From Octopus sinensis (Eukaryota), in the NCBI RefSeq assembly GCF_006345805.1, contig NC_042997.1:24676001-24740000 (forward strand): 64,000 bases of DNA, in the 5' to 3' direction. Within the stretch, counting starts at the first letter, position 1. Each line of letters starts with the position of its first letter. The notes beneath the pieces are model-generated. The model ran no database searches, had not been told where the DNA came from, and was given only the letters and a program-made list of their open reading frames with translations. Made by a program: the position numbers and the translations under genes. Shown here in pieces: positions 51,421 through 63,387 of this stretch.

Positions 51421-52036
51421 ATTCTTACCATATGCATGTATTCCGAAGCATAAGAAATAATGTAAACGAGAAAGTGAAAGCAAAGAAATAGAGAAGAAAA
51501 GAAAAAAAAGAAAGAAAAGAAAAAGAAACGAAGACAAATCGAAACATGAGTTTGAATCTTTATAAGTTAATACTGGATTAGCAAACAGATTATGCGATAA
51601 GATACTAATTGCTCATTATAGATTATTGGAAATACCGCAAAATTATTCTTTCCTTTTCCCCTTTTCAATTTTTGTTTTTTTTTTGCTTGCCACAGTAAAT
51701 ATTACAGTTGTTTTACATTCTCTGAGAGCATCAAAGTACTTAAACGAAGATTACCGCATGTAATTCAAGACCCACCTGATTTTCGTCTGCTAATCCGGCA
51801 AGGTTTCGAAGCATTCCTTCTGGAATGAAATTTGCAAGACGTGTCTAATTACGTCTTCCTTGTAAGTAACATATAAATGGCGAAGTATCTCTTGGCCTTT
51901 GATTCTTTGGAATTTCTGACGGTCTCTTACGTTCACTGAATCTCTGTCACTTTTCTCTCATTCTCAAAAAGCTTATCCTCATCTCTCCCTCTCTTTCTCT
52001 CTTAATTTCTTGCAATGCGAGAGAAGAAACATAGAT

Positions 52037-52076
<40 letters not shown>

Positions 52077-52455
52077 ACAATGAGGGAGATAAATTAATAT
52101 TAATTTTAATATCAAACTACAAGGAAATTCTCTAGAGGAAAAATACAGCGAACACCAGAACCAACTTTGGCGGGCATGACAGATGAAAATTTATATTAAA
52201 AACAGAATTAAATGCATACCTCGGTTTCAGCCTTAACAAAAGAATTATCTACGTAATTCAAATGTCCGTGCTTCTTCAGTGCATCCGTTCATTGTGATGT
52301 AAACTGAAAAGCTAACCCCAGCTTTCGTGCCAGTACAGACACGTGTGTAGCTTTACCGATTACACCAGTGATAAAATTTCAGTGATCGTTGATGGTCTAT
52401 TTCTAGCATACGGCCGACTCCCTAGCAGTAAGCCCTGCCAATATATACATATATA

Positions 52456-52503
<48 letters not shown>

Positions 52504-52775
52504 AATTAATAAAATAATAAATAAATAAAACATATGCATATATATACATACATATATGTACGTACCTACCTCTACATGTATATATACATGCATATATGGG
52601 TACAGGACACCAAAAAAAACGTCGAACACAATGAGAAACGAAAACATAAACACAAAACCAAGGAAATTAATATTTTTCTTAAACAACGAAAAAAATAGAG
52701 TACAGGATATACAAAACAAGGAAAATTCCCCTTCTTCAGTCGCCTTTGTTTCATCTACTCCACGTTTCGAAGGTC

Positions 52776-52806
<31 letters not shown>

Positions 52807-53378
52807 TGTATGTATGTATGTATGTATGTATGTATGTTGACATTCTACAAGGCTGTCGCAAGTCCCACGGTGGATTATTGCTCCCACTAGTATGTTCGGT
52901 GTTGCTACGCACATTGGCATCTTAGACTGCACCCAGAGACAAACCGGTCAACTGGCTGACATTAACCCAATTCGCAGTGTTCTTGGTATACTGGGAATAG
53001 CATAAACGAAATCCCTACTGGATTCCCGGCAATGAAAAAGAAGATAAAATATTAAAATTCGACAACTGATCACATTGCAGTTCTGTAATGAAGTGCGCTT
53101 ATGGCTCATTGTTAATGGTGTCTCCTATAGCTGTGTTTTTATTTTTTTACTTTTGTATATAATTGAAAACAAAGAAAAAGTTTTCACGATGAAACGGTCG
53201 TGTGATGAATCCCAACACTTCGTCTTCTAAACGAGCAAGGCGTAGACTCTTTGCAGTTGAGGAAATTATTGATGATATTTAAACTTTCGACGTACAGTTT
53301 GCACTTATGCAGGCAATGAGAGCGATTTAGACAATCAAACAGGTGAAAGGGATGGAAAAAGTAGCGATTTGGGTGAAC

Positions 53379-53774
53379 AAATACGGTAGTTGAGAAATTG
53401 GCCTATCACAGCTATTCTGATTTAAATATCTAGTGACTGTGTCCATTAATTTGCTTGTAAAATTAATGGACACAATACGGTAGTTGAGAAATTGGCCTAT
53501 CACAGCTATTCTGATTTAAATATCTAGTGACTGTGCCCATTAATTTGCTTGTAAAATTAATGGACACAATACGGTAGTTGAGAAATTGGCCTATCACAGC
53601 TATTCTGATTTAAATATCTAGTGACTGTGTCCATTAATTTGCTTGTAAAATTAATGGACACAATACGGTAGTTGAGAAATTGGCCTATCACAGCTATTCT
53701 GATTTAAATATCTAGTGACTGTGTCCATTAATTTGCTTGTAAAATTAATGGACACAATACGGTAGTTGAGAAAT
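53379..53774. repeat. Tandem array of ~4.2 x 94-bp units, each with a 15-bp perfect hairpin
   Basis: ATACGGTAG starts at 53381, 53475, 53569, 53663, 53757; one substitution seen among the units. Confidence 0.95.
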
Positions 53775-54039
53775 ATTATTATTGGGGGTTCTCTCTTTTT
53801 CTTTTTTTTTTTTGTTATTAGGTTATATGCTATCGTTTCTTCTCAGCTGTATATGCAATTATTTAATTTTACTCAGTACCCTGGGTAAAGAGTAAAGTTA
53901 GGCACCGCGACCCAAGCCTAAGAGTGTTACATATTATTGGCCATAACTTACCTTTGATCCACAAGGGTGCTGTTCCCACCATTCTGTCATTTCTATCGCC
54001 ACTATAATTGCTTTTGCTCCTCGGAGTTCATCCCATACC

Positions 54040-54447
54040 TATTTCTTTACTACCCACAAGGGGCCAAACACAGAGGGGACAAACAAGGACAGATTAATTC
54101 GATTATATTGACCCCAGTGCGTAAGTGGTACTTATTTAATCGACCCCGAAAGGATGAAAGGTAAAGTCGACCTCGGCGGAATTTGAACTCAGGACGTAGT
54201 GGCAGACGAAATACCTATTTCTTTATTACCCACAAGGGGCTAAACACAGAGGGGACAAACAAGGACAGACATAGGTATTAAGTCGATTACATCGACTCCA
54301 GTGCGTAACTGGTACTTAATTTATCGACCCCGAAAGGATGAAAGGTAAAGTCGACCTCGGCGGAATTTGAACTCAGAACGTAGTGGCAGACGAAATACCG
54401 CTAAGCATTTCGCCCGGCGTGCTAACGTTTGTGCCAGCTCACCGCCT
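54040..54447 (-). mobile_element. SINE A array of two units
   Basis: TSD TCATCCCATACC at 54028-54039 and 54454-54465. Confidence 0.9.
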
Positions 54448-54887
54448 TACCGCTCATCCCATACCTTCACCAATATGGCACCCTCGACCCACAAGTAACT
54501 CCTGTGCTCTGACTAACTACTTTATGCAGTCGTGCTTTTTAGATCAGTGCATGGCTTGAGTTTTTACGAAATTACAAAAAAAAAAAAAGAGAAAAAAAAA
54601 GAAAAAAGTACTGGATAAGTATTACTAAAGTATGCTCTTGAGATCATTGTTAATGGAATAAATACAAGTTAGGCTTGTGGATAATTCATGGTCTGAGAAA
54701 CTAAAAGAGGATAGAAGAGAGGATAGATACCATTAAGATATAAGAGTGGACGTTGTTGGATGTGGCGGCAACTTTCTCCTCAGAATATCAGGCCTTTGAA
54801 ATCATCTTCCCCTCTCTCGTGTGTGTATTTCTTGGATGCGTTGAGCTGCAACAATTTAAACACAACGATAACGGTATCATCAAACTC

Positions 54888-55477
54888 AGCGAGCTGGCAG
54901 AATCGTTAGCACGTCGGGCGAAATGCTTAGCGGTATTTCGGCTGCCGTTACGTTGTGAGTTCAAATTCCGCCGAGGTCGACTTTGCCTTTCATCCTTTGG
55001 GGTCGATAAATTAAGTACCAGTTACGCACGGGTCGTATGTATCGACTGTAATCGACTTATACCTTGTCTGTCTTGTTTGTCCCCTCTGTGTTTAGCCCCT
55101 TGTGGGTAGTAAAGAAATAGGTATTTCGGCTGCCGTTACGTTCTGAGTTCAAATTCCGCCGAGGTCGACTTTGCCTTTCATCCTTTCGGGGTCGATAAAT
55201 TAAGTACCAGTTACGCACTGGGGTCGATGTAATCGACTTAATACCTATGTCTGTCCTTGTTTGTCCCCTCTGTGTTTAGCCCCTTGTGGGTAGTAAAGAA
55301 ATAGGTATTTCGGCTGCCGTTACGTTCTGAGTTCAAATTCCGCCGAGGTCGACTTTGCCTTTCATCCTTTCGGGGTCGATAAATTAAGTACCAGTTACGC
55401 ACTGGGGTCGATGTAATCGACTTAATCCGTTTGTTTGTCCCCTCTATGTTTAGCCCCTTGTGGGTAATAAAGAAACA
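54888..55477 (+). mobile_element. SINE A array of three units
   Basis: TSD GGTATCATCAAACTC at 54873-54887 and 55478-55492. Confidence 0.9.
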
Positions 55478-55869
55478 GGTATCATCAAACTCGTCGTTTT
55501 GAGACGAACTGCAAGGACCAGGTGTACTGCACCTTTCACCAGACTTAGCAATGCGTGTGTGTCTCTGTGTGTGTGTGTGTGTGTGTGATTGTGTGTGTGT
55601 GTGTAAGTGTGTATGTGGGTGTGTATGTTCGTGTATACCCCCCACACACATACATACACGCATGTAGCGATTTTTAAAGCTATACCTATGTGTGCCTCTA
55701 TGCATGTACGTGTGTGTGTGTGTGTGTGTGTACGTGTGTGTGTACGTGTGAGCATCTCATTCTATTAGTGTTGTATCCTTTTATTTCTTCCACTGTAGCT
55801 CGATGCCGAAAACTATGTTTTCGACTATTTAGCCTTTATTTCCCCTATCGCTACCTCATTCACTTTTAC

Positions 55870-56625
55870 CATCTCTCTCTCTCTCACCCTTACGCTCTTT
55901 CTCTCTCTTCCTCCTCCTTACGTTCTATATTCTCTCTCCTCCTAACGCTCTCTCTCTCCTCTTTATGCTCTTCCTCTCCTCTTTATGCTCTCTCTCCTCC
56001 TTACGCTCTCTCTCTCCTCTTTATGCTCTCTCTCTCCTCCCTACGCTCTCTCTCTCCTCTTTATGCTCTCTCTCTCCTCCTTACGCTCTCTCTCTCTCTC
56101 CTCTTTATGCTCTCTCTCTCTCCTCCTTACGCTCTCTCTCTCTCCTCCTTACGCTCTCTCTGTCTTCCCTACGCTCTCTCTCTCTCCTCTTTGTGCTTTC
56201 TCTCTCCTCCTTACGCTCTCTCTCTTCCTTACGCTCTCTCTCTCTCCTCCTTACGCTCTCTCTCTCCTCCCTACGCTCTCCCTCTCTCCTCTTTATGCTC
56301 TCTCTCTCTCCTCCTTACGCTCTCTCTCTCTCCTCCTTACGCTCTCTCTCTTCCTTACGCTCTCTCTCTCTCCTCCTTACGCTCTCTCTCTCCTCCCTAC
56401 GCTCTCCCTCTCTCCTCTTTATGCTCTCTCTCTCTCCTCCTTACGCTCTCTCTCTCTCTCCTCCTTACGCTCTCTCTCTCTCCTCCTTACGCTCTCTCTC
56501 TCTCTCTCCTCCTTACGCTCTCTCTCTCTCCTCCTTACGCTCTCTCTCTCTCCTCTTTATGCTCTCTCTCTCTCCTCCTTACACTCTCCCTCTCTCCTCC
56601 CTACGCTCTCTCTTCTCCTGACACA
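55870..56625. repeat. Polypyrimidine compound minisatellite (CT)n-CCTCCTTACG / (CT)n-CCTCTTTATG
   Basis: Direct reading; units about 16-24 bp. Confidence 0.95.
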
Positions 56626-56930
56626 CTCTCTCCCTTTTAGTCTCCGTCCTCATCTCTCCCTTCCCCTTTTCTATACATATCCTACTCACCCTTCAACTCC
56701 CATCAGCCAACAGGTGCAACCTGGCTCTCAACATTTCGTCTTACGTGTCTTCACGTCAATCCTGAAAAATTTCACTGTGACATTCTTCTACTCATTCCTT
56801 ACCAGTTCACTGATTTGCTATAACAAGGGTTAGTGGGAAAGCAACTATATATTAGGAGAGGAACTACATCACGTTTGGAAAGCTTAAATATTTGAATTTA
56901 TCCTTTGCAAACGAGAATTATACGTTATAA

Positions 56931-57320
56931 CCAGTGGTTAGGGCAGCGGACTCGTGGTCATAGGATCGCGGTTTCGATTCCCAGACCGGGCGTTGTGAGT
57001 GTTTATTGAGCGAAAACAACCTAAAGCTACACGAGGCTCCGGCAGGGGATGGTGGTGATCCCTGCTGTACTCTTTCACCACAACTTTCTCTCACTCTTAC
57101 TTCCTGTTTCTGTTGTACCTGTATTTTAAAGGGCCGGCCTTGTCACGCTGAATATCCCCGAGAACTACGTTAAGGGTGCACGTGTCTGTGGAGTGCTCAG
57201 CCACTTACACGTTAATTTCACGAGCAGGCTGTTCCGTTGATTCGGATCAACCGGAACCCTCGTCGTCGTAACCGACGGAGTGCTTCCATCCTTATGAAGT
57301 ATCCTGTAAGAGCTTGTATG
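56931..57320 (+). mobile_element. SINE family C, 5'-truncated, with the same 3' extension as the 25938 copy
   Basis: TTCCATCCTTATGAAGTATCCTGTAAGAGCTTGTATG after the tail. Confidence 0.9.
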
Positions 57321-57367
57321 TAAGTGAAGCGACCTTCTAGAAAGATTTAAAAAAAGAAAGAATATGT

Positions 57368-57720
57368 GTGTGGCTGTGTGGTAAGAGATTTGCTACCCAA
57401 CCACATGGTTCCGCGTTCAGTCCTACTGCGTGGCACCTTGAGTAATTGCCATGTGCTATTACCTCGGGCTGATTAAAGACTTGTGATAGGATTTAGTAAA
57501 CGGAAATTCAAAGAAGCCCGTAGCATCTATGTGTGTGTGTGTGTGTGTGTTGTGTCTATGTTTGTTCCCCACAACCGTTTGACAACCTGTGTTTGTTTGT
57601 TTACATTTCCGAAAATTAGCAGTTCGGCAAAACAGACCGATATAATAAGTACTAGACTTAAAAAAAAATAAATACTGGGGCCGGTTTGTTCAACTAAAAT
57701 TCTTGCCCCACCACGACCGC
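57368..57720 (+). mobile_element. Diverged SINE family B
   Basis: Homology to other B copies. Confidence 0.75.
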
Positions 57721-57812
57721 TGTCCAATCACTGCAACAAATAGAAAAGTGAAAGGTAAAAGGGATATTGATTCATTTATTTTGTATCTTTCACCCCCAGA
57801 AGAAGACAGGCA

Positions 57813-58270
57813 GCGAGCTGCTTGAAACGTTAGCACACCGGGTGAAATGCTTAGCGGTATTTCGTCTGCCACTACGTTCTGAGTTCAAATTCCACCGAGG
57901 TCGACCTTGCCTTTCATCCTTTCGGGGTCGATAAATTAAGTTCCAGTTACGCACTGGGGTCATGTAATCGACTTAATCCCTTTGTCTGTCCTTGTTTGTT
58001 TCCTCTATGTTTAGCCCCTTCTGAGCAATAAGGAAATAAGATGTCCATAATTCGTTCTGTATTACCCTTGTGGGTAATAAAGAAATAAGTATTTCGTCTG
58101 CCGTTACGTTCTGAGTTCAAATTCCGCCGAGGTCGACTTTGCCTTTCATCCTTTCGGGGTCGATAAATTAAGTACCAGTTACGCACTGGAGTCGATGTAA
58201 TCGACTTAATCCCTTCGTCTGTCCTTGTTTGTTTCCTCTATGTTTAGCACCTTCTGGGCAATAAGGAAAT
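57813..58270 (+). mobile_element. SINE A two-unit structure with duplicated 3' flank
   Basis: AAGATGTCCATAATTCGTTCTGT at 58038 and 58271. Confidence 0.8.
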
Positions 58271-58672
58271 AAGATGTCCATAATTCGTTCTGTGCCGAAA
58301 CTGGTGTGAATGAAAGAAGATATCCTCGAACCTGAAACCCAGATCGAATGCTTGCAAGAAAGAGAGGTGGTGCTAACCTAGGCGACAGGCTATATCTACT
58401 ACGTATGTTAACCATGGCAGGATTTAACTTCAGAGTGATAAGAGCCGGAACAAATACTGCAGGACATCCGATTCGGCGTTTTTACAGTTCCGACAATCTC
58501 TGGCCCCGAGATGTTACTTTTATATATATATATATCAACTCCGAAAGGGATGAAAGTTAGTTTTGACCTCCACACGATCTGAACTCAGAGCGCAAAGTAC
58601 CTGAATAATATATTGTAACGCGTGCTGTTCGGCATGCTAATGAATTTGCCAACTCGGAGTCACATGGCGTAA

Positions 58673-58852
58673 TAGATTTCTTGCAAACAACTTGCACATG
58701 CAAGTGCTACCAGTTAAAAGCTCCGTATATCGGAAGCTAGCAAGTGTATGGGGTCATCAGGAGAGATTGCGCGCCGTTTCGGGGCCTACCTCTCGACGGC
58801 ATCAATGCGCACCGGCCCCCCTCACTGATATGAGGCCCTGCTTGCTAGATCA
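58673..58852 (-). other. 180-bp structured dispersed element, copy 2
   Basis: Same boundaries as 121-300; core motifs TCATCAG, GCCGTTTC and GACGGC conserved. Confidence 0.75.
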
Positions 58853-59204
58853 ATTAGACGGATGTAGTTAGAACGCCTGTATAATATCTGTCAGTTCGAT
58901 CAATGATATCCTAAAACAACACAAATAACAGCGACAACCACAACTAGAAATTATACGAACCTGCGTAACTCACTATGGTCTCTCGGCAAGCTGAAAATAG
59001 CAGCCAAATATCCTCAAATGTACACTACGTAGTCTTTACAGATTACGAAACAAAAACCAAAAAGATGCACATTTGATAACGTAGACCTAAATGAAATGCT
59101 TGCGGTAAAAAATACGATAGTCACTGAAATAGGTTTGGAGTTATAGTTTTTCCGTTCCAGAGATCACCTGTGGAACAACAACAACAACAAAATAATCCTT
59201 TTTA

Positions 59205-59334
59205 TTATAAACACAAAGCCTGAAATTTTGAGGAACGGTGTTGGTCTATTATATCAACACCCAGTGTTCAAATGGTATTTATTTAATCGAGCTCGAAAGG
59301 GTGAAAGACAAAGTCTAACTCGGTAGAATTTGAA
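59205..59334 (-). mobile_element. Old SINE A'-type fragment
   Basis: GAGTTCAAATTC...GACTTTGTCTTTCACCCTTTCG...; tail AAATTTCAGGCTTTGTG. Confidence 0.6.
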
Positions 59335-59515
59335 CTCTTTACTCTTTTACTCTTTTACTTGTTTCAGTCATTTGACTGCGGCCATGCTAGAGCACCGCCT
59401 TTAGTCGAGCAAATCGACCCCGGAACTTATTCTTTGTAAGCCTAGTAGTTATTTTATCGGTCTCTTTAGCCAAACCGCTAAGTTACAGGGACGTAAACAC
59501 GCCTGCATCGGTTGT
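59335..59515 (-). mobile_element. SINE B second half
   Basis: (CTCTTTTA)n tail, TTGTTTCAGTCATTTGACTGCGGCC. Confidence 0.85.
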
Positions 59516-59524
59516 TCTATGAAA

Positions 59525-60056
59525 GCTAATATATTGGAGTACGAGATTCAAGCCTCTTCTCCTTATCTCCTCAAAGACATACAGCATCTCGAAAGAGTCC
59601 AGAAGCTGGCTACCCGCATGATTCATGGTCTCAAAAATTTGTCCTATGAAGAAAGGCTGAGGACGCTCGACCTTTATTATCTAGAAAAACGCCGCCGCCG
59701 TGGTGATCTCATTCTCGCCCACAACATCATAAGCGAAAAGTGTAACCTCTGGAAAGAGCTGTTCTTCACTCCTGCTCCAGAGCGTCGGCTGCGGGGTCAT
59801 TCCGAAAAGCTCTACCTGCGACGATTTCATCTCAATCGAAGGAGAGGAGCTTTCTCCGTCCGGGTTGCGGATCCGTGGAACAAGCTGCCAGACGAGATGG
59901 TGAAGATGCCGACGACCGTTTTGTTCAAAGTCTCCCTTGACCTCAAGTGGCCTGAACTCTTTACATGAACACCACCCTGTACTTAACTCCATGTCCCCCT
60001 ACATGGCCTTGCTATTTGCTTTTGAGCCAAATTAACTAACTAACTAACTAACTAAC
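59525..60056 (+). mobile_element. 5'-truncated CR1-clade LINE 3' end with (CTAA)n tail
   Basis: ORF 59519-59968: SPYLLKDIQHLERVQKLATRMI..LSYEERL..L...RRRGDLI...RGH...FSVRV...WNKLP. Confidence 0.92.
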
Positions 60057-61995
60057 ACTAAACGGCAACAATTTAACATTAGTAGTTCTATAGTATTACT
60101 ATTATTTGTACAAGGTAGCAATGATTTAGCAAAGCTATAATGAAAGTCGCTCCAACCTTTCCCTGCCTATTCTTTATTCACTTTAATCTTTCTTTAAGGA
60201 TTTAGAGTGATTCGAGGAGAAGAATTTGACTTGTACTTTTAGGCAGTTAAGCGATAGTATAATGGGTGCCTCGTAGGTTGTCTACTTTTCTTGATTTTTA
60301 AGCATTTTCCTTAATTTCTCTTAAATAAAGCTATATATGACTGAGCTAAATATTTGAACCCTCAATAATAATTCACTTTCTCTCTTTTTTTTTAGTATTT
60401 TCTTGATTTGAAAGTTACTGCTTCATACTTCATCGAACATAGAAAGGATGTGTGAATCGACTGCTTACGGCTAGCAGGAATTTCAATTTAGAACTATTAG
60501 CCCTTAAACTAATTGCTAGTACCTTACTTCCAATCCACATTCACCAAATGATCTCGGATCGTATAGATGAATTTAAATTGTTTAAAGATGAAAGCTGAAA
60601 ATCTCACTGCATGTGGTATCTCTACTGGAGCGAGAGGAGAGAACTCATTTGCTCTAAGTCAAGCTGTTCTTGGTTAATACATCTTCCTTCATCACGAAAG
60701 AATAGATACATTTTCTCCAGAGGGATGGGAGTGGATTATGGAGAAAGTATTTATTTCTTATATAACCTGAAATAGCTTCAGATAAATTTCAGCTGACAGC
60801 GGTTCAGAACATAGCTTAATTAATAGCTCCAGCATAAGGCATATAGCGAGTGTAGGTGGAATCAGGCAACTTTAAAATAAAACAAAAAATTGAAATGTTC
60901 AGCTTACTTCTATAGAATGGTGATCATTGGAGAGTTATTGATTTCCTACATAGACACAAGGTTATACCTTTATAGGACAAGGGAATGAGAGCGTATAACA
61001 TTAATGTCTTTCTAAATGATAATACAAGCATGATTAAAGTGAATCATGTTCTACCATTGATTTGAAAGCAGCTCATAGATCCTGAATCACAATACTATAT
61101 ACACACCTTATATACAATAATTATATATAGATGATCATTGAGTTCTTACGTAAACACGTAAGTTACTGATGTTGAACAGTAAACCTTGAACACGCAGGTT
61201 GATGATCAAAGAAGTCTTTATAACGAGGGACTCATCTTTTAATATTTTTTTCCGGCATTCATATTTTGTATGTTGCCACGTTTGTAAAATAGTAGGACAC
61301 GATTTGAGAGAAATTTCCTACGGAGGAGCTACCTCATAGCTTGCAAGATCAATATTTCTTGAAAAGGGACGCGGTGATTCCAATAAAGTCACGATGTTAT
61401 TGGTGTGATTTTATGGAAATTTGAAAAAAAGTTGTGACGATTCTTTCACCTTTTGGTCGAAGAATGTTGAGAGATGAAAATAAATGCTGTGATGAGTTGA
61501 ATCTGTTCCAGTAATTTTTCAGTTAACACATCACACTTTGCTAGGTAATAACTGATTATTTTCTTATATAAGTAACGCACAAAGTTAAAGTTTTTAGTGC
61601 CGAAATGTATATACGGGAACAGTAACCCGGTATCTTTCTGAAATTCGAGTTGGGAAATGAAGTCAACCCAGTTGAGTTGTGAGCTGCGAAAACTAGCTTA
61701 CATGACTACGTTCTGTAATGCTATGACTCCAATATATCGAATTAAATACCAATCCCTGATAGGCATCGATAACTATTGTATATTATATCATAACTGCAAA
61801 AGCGAGAGAAAATGAGTCCAGTGACCATCTTACAATGTTTTTTTTCACTAAAATATGTAAAATTCGCATTACTGAAGTTAGTTTATTTTTCTCTTGCAAA
61901 GTAATTGGTCCCCAAAATCCACCACACTAAATTTAAACTTGTGTGCCAACGGGAAATTTAAATCAACAAGAGTTAGTTTTGAAAATTTAAATTAT

Positions 61996-62355
61996 TTTAC
62001 TCTTTTATATGTTTCAGTCATTTGACCACAGAACTTATTCTCTGTAAGCTTAGTAGTTATTCTATCGGTCTTTTTTGCCGAACTACTAAGTTACGGGGAC
62101 GTTAACGGGTACGTAAACAGCAGCATCGACTGTCAAGCGATGGTAGGGGGAACAAATACAGACACGCACACACACATACACACATATACATATACGATGG
62201 GCTTCTTTCAGTTTCCGTCTACTAAATCTACTCGCAAGGCTTAGGTAAGTCCGAGGCTACAGTAGAAGACACTTGCCCAAGTTTCCACGCAGTGGGACTG
62301 AACCTGGAACCATGTAGTTGGGAAGCAAGATTCTTACCACACAGCGACTCTTGCG
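61996..62355 (-). mobile_element. SINE family B, diverged
   Basis: Homology to other B copies. Confidence 0.85.
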
Positions 62356-62542
62356 TCTATTTTGGTACATTTTTAGAAAAAGAAAATTATATCTGTATAT
62401 TTAAATCATTTCTCGTGCTTACAAAAGAACTACATAGAAATTGTTAATGTGTCAGAGACCAAAAGAAAACAAAAAGCAAGCAAAGAAATCTTTGTATAAC
62501 CGATCTCCTATACACTTCATATTGAACATTTCGACGTCACAA

Positions 62543-62604
<62 letters not shown>

Positions 62605-63307
62605 GGTTCGATTAATGTCTCAGAGCCACTGAGGAGAGATCCATTAAACGAACTTCCACAGGAAAATCTGATTACAGGGTATGTTTCAGAAATATAGATC
62701 AACCCTTCAAAAAATTGCCTAGGAGGCCTGCATACGGATTGAAATCACCAGTATAAATAACCTGCAATGAAGCAACAGACATAATCGCCAAATCAAAAAA
62801 AAAAGTTAAAAGGGTATTTATAAATAGCGTCTATATTGCTTCATATTGCAAATACCGGTTAGTATTAAACATACAAGAATTGTGAACAAAGCCAGATACA
62901 AAACATTTTCTGAAAAGCAATCGCGCATAAGCAACCAAAATATATGCACACTGACCGACCACCCAATCAACAATGCAGGCATGAATTATCAATCATATCT
63001 ACCTGGTGTATCATAGATTGTCGAATAAATTTAGTCGTGCTTGTGTCGAATCACTGTTTGCAAACTACAAACTTCACATCTGCCATTAAAGAACCTGCAC
63101 GAATATTTTCCCGTTAAATGCGCGCGTGCATAAACACTCACACACACACACACACACCACACACACACACACACACAAACACTAACATACACAATGATAC
63201 ACACAAACACACACACACACACACACATGAATCACAGACATAGCTATACACACAGGGACATATATATAGAGAGAGATAGAGAAATGATGAGAGGGGGAGA
63301 TACAAAA

Positions 63308-63387
<80 letters not shown>

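Noticed and set aside
52960-53880. piggyBac element (TTAA-CCC start, acidic N-terminus-like text)
   Set aside because: No matching right TIR with TTAA was found and there is no catalytic-domain sequence.
55690-56833. 218-316 aa Leu/Ser-rich ORFs, and TAAGGAGG Shine-Dalgarno-like repeats on the minus strand
   Set aside because: Products of the CT-rich minisatellite; the SD match is compositional coincidence in a eukaryote.
60031-60056. (CTAA)n as a telomere-like repeat
   Set aside because: It is the 3' tail of the CR1 LINE and is not TTAGGG.
62700-62820. CCCTT...AAGGG piggyBac-like MITE
   Set aside because: Only a 5-bp inverted match and no proper TTAA duplications.
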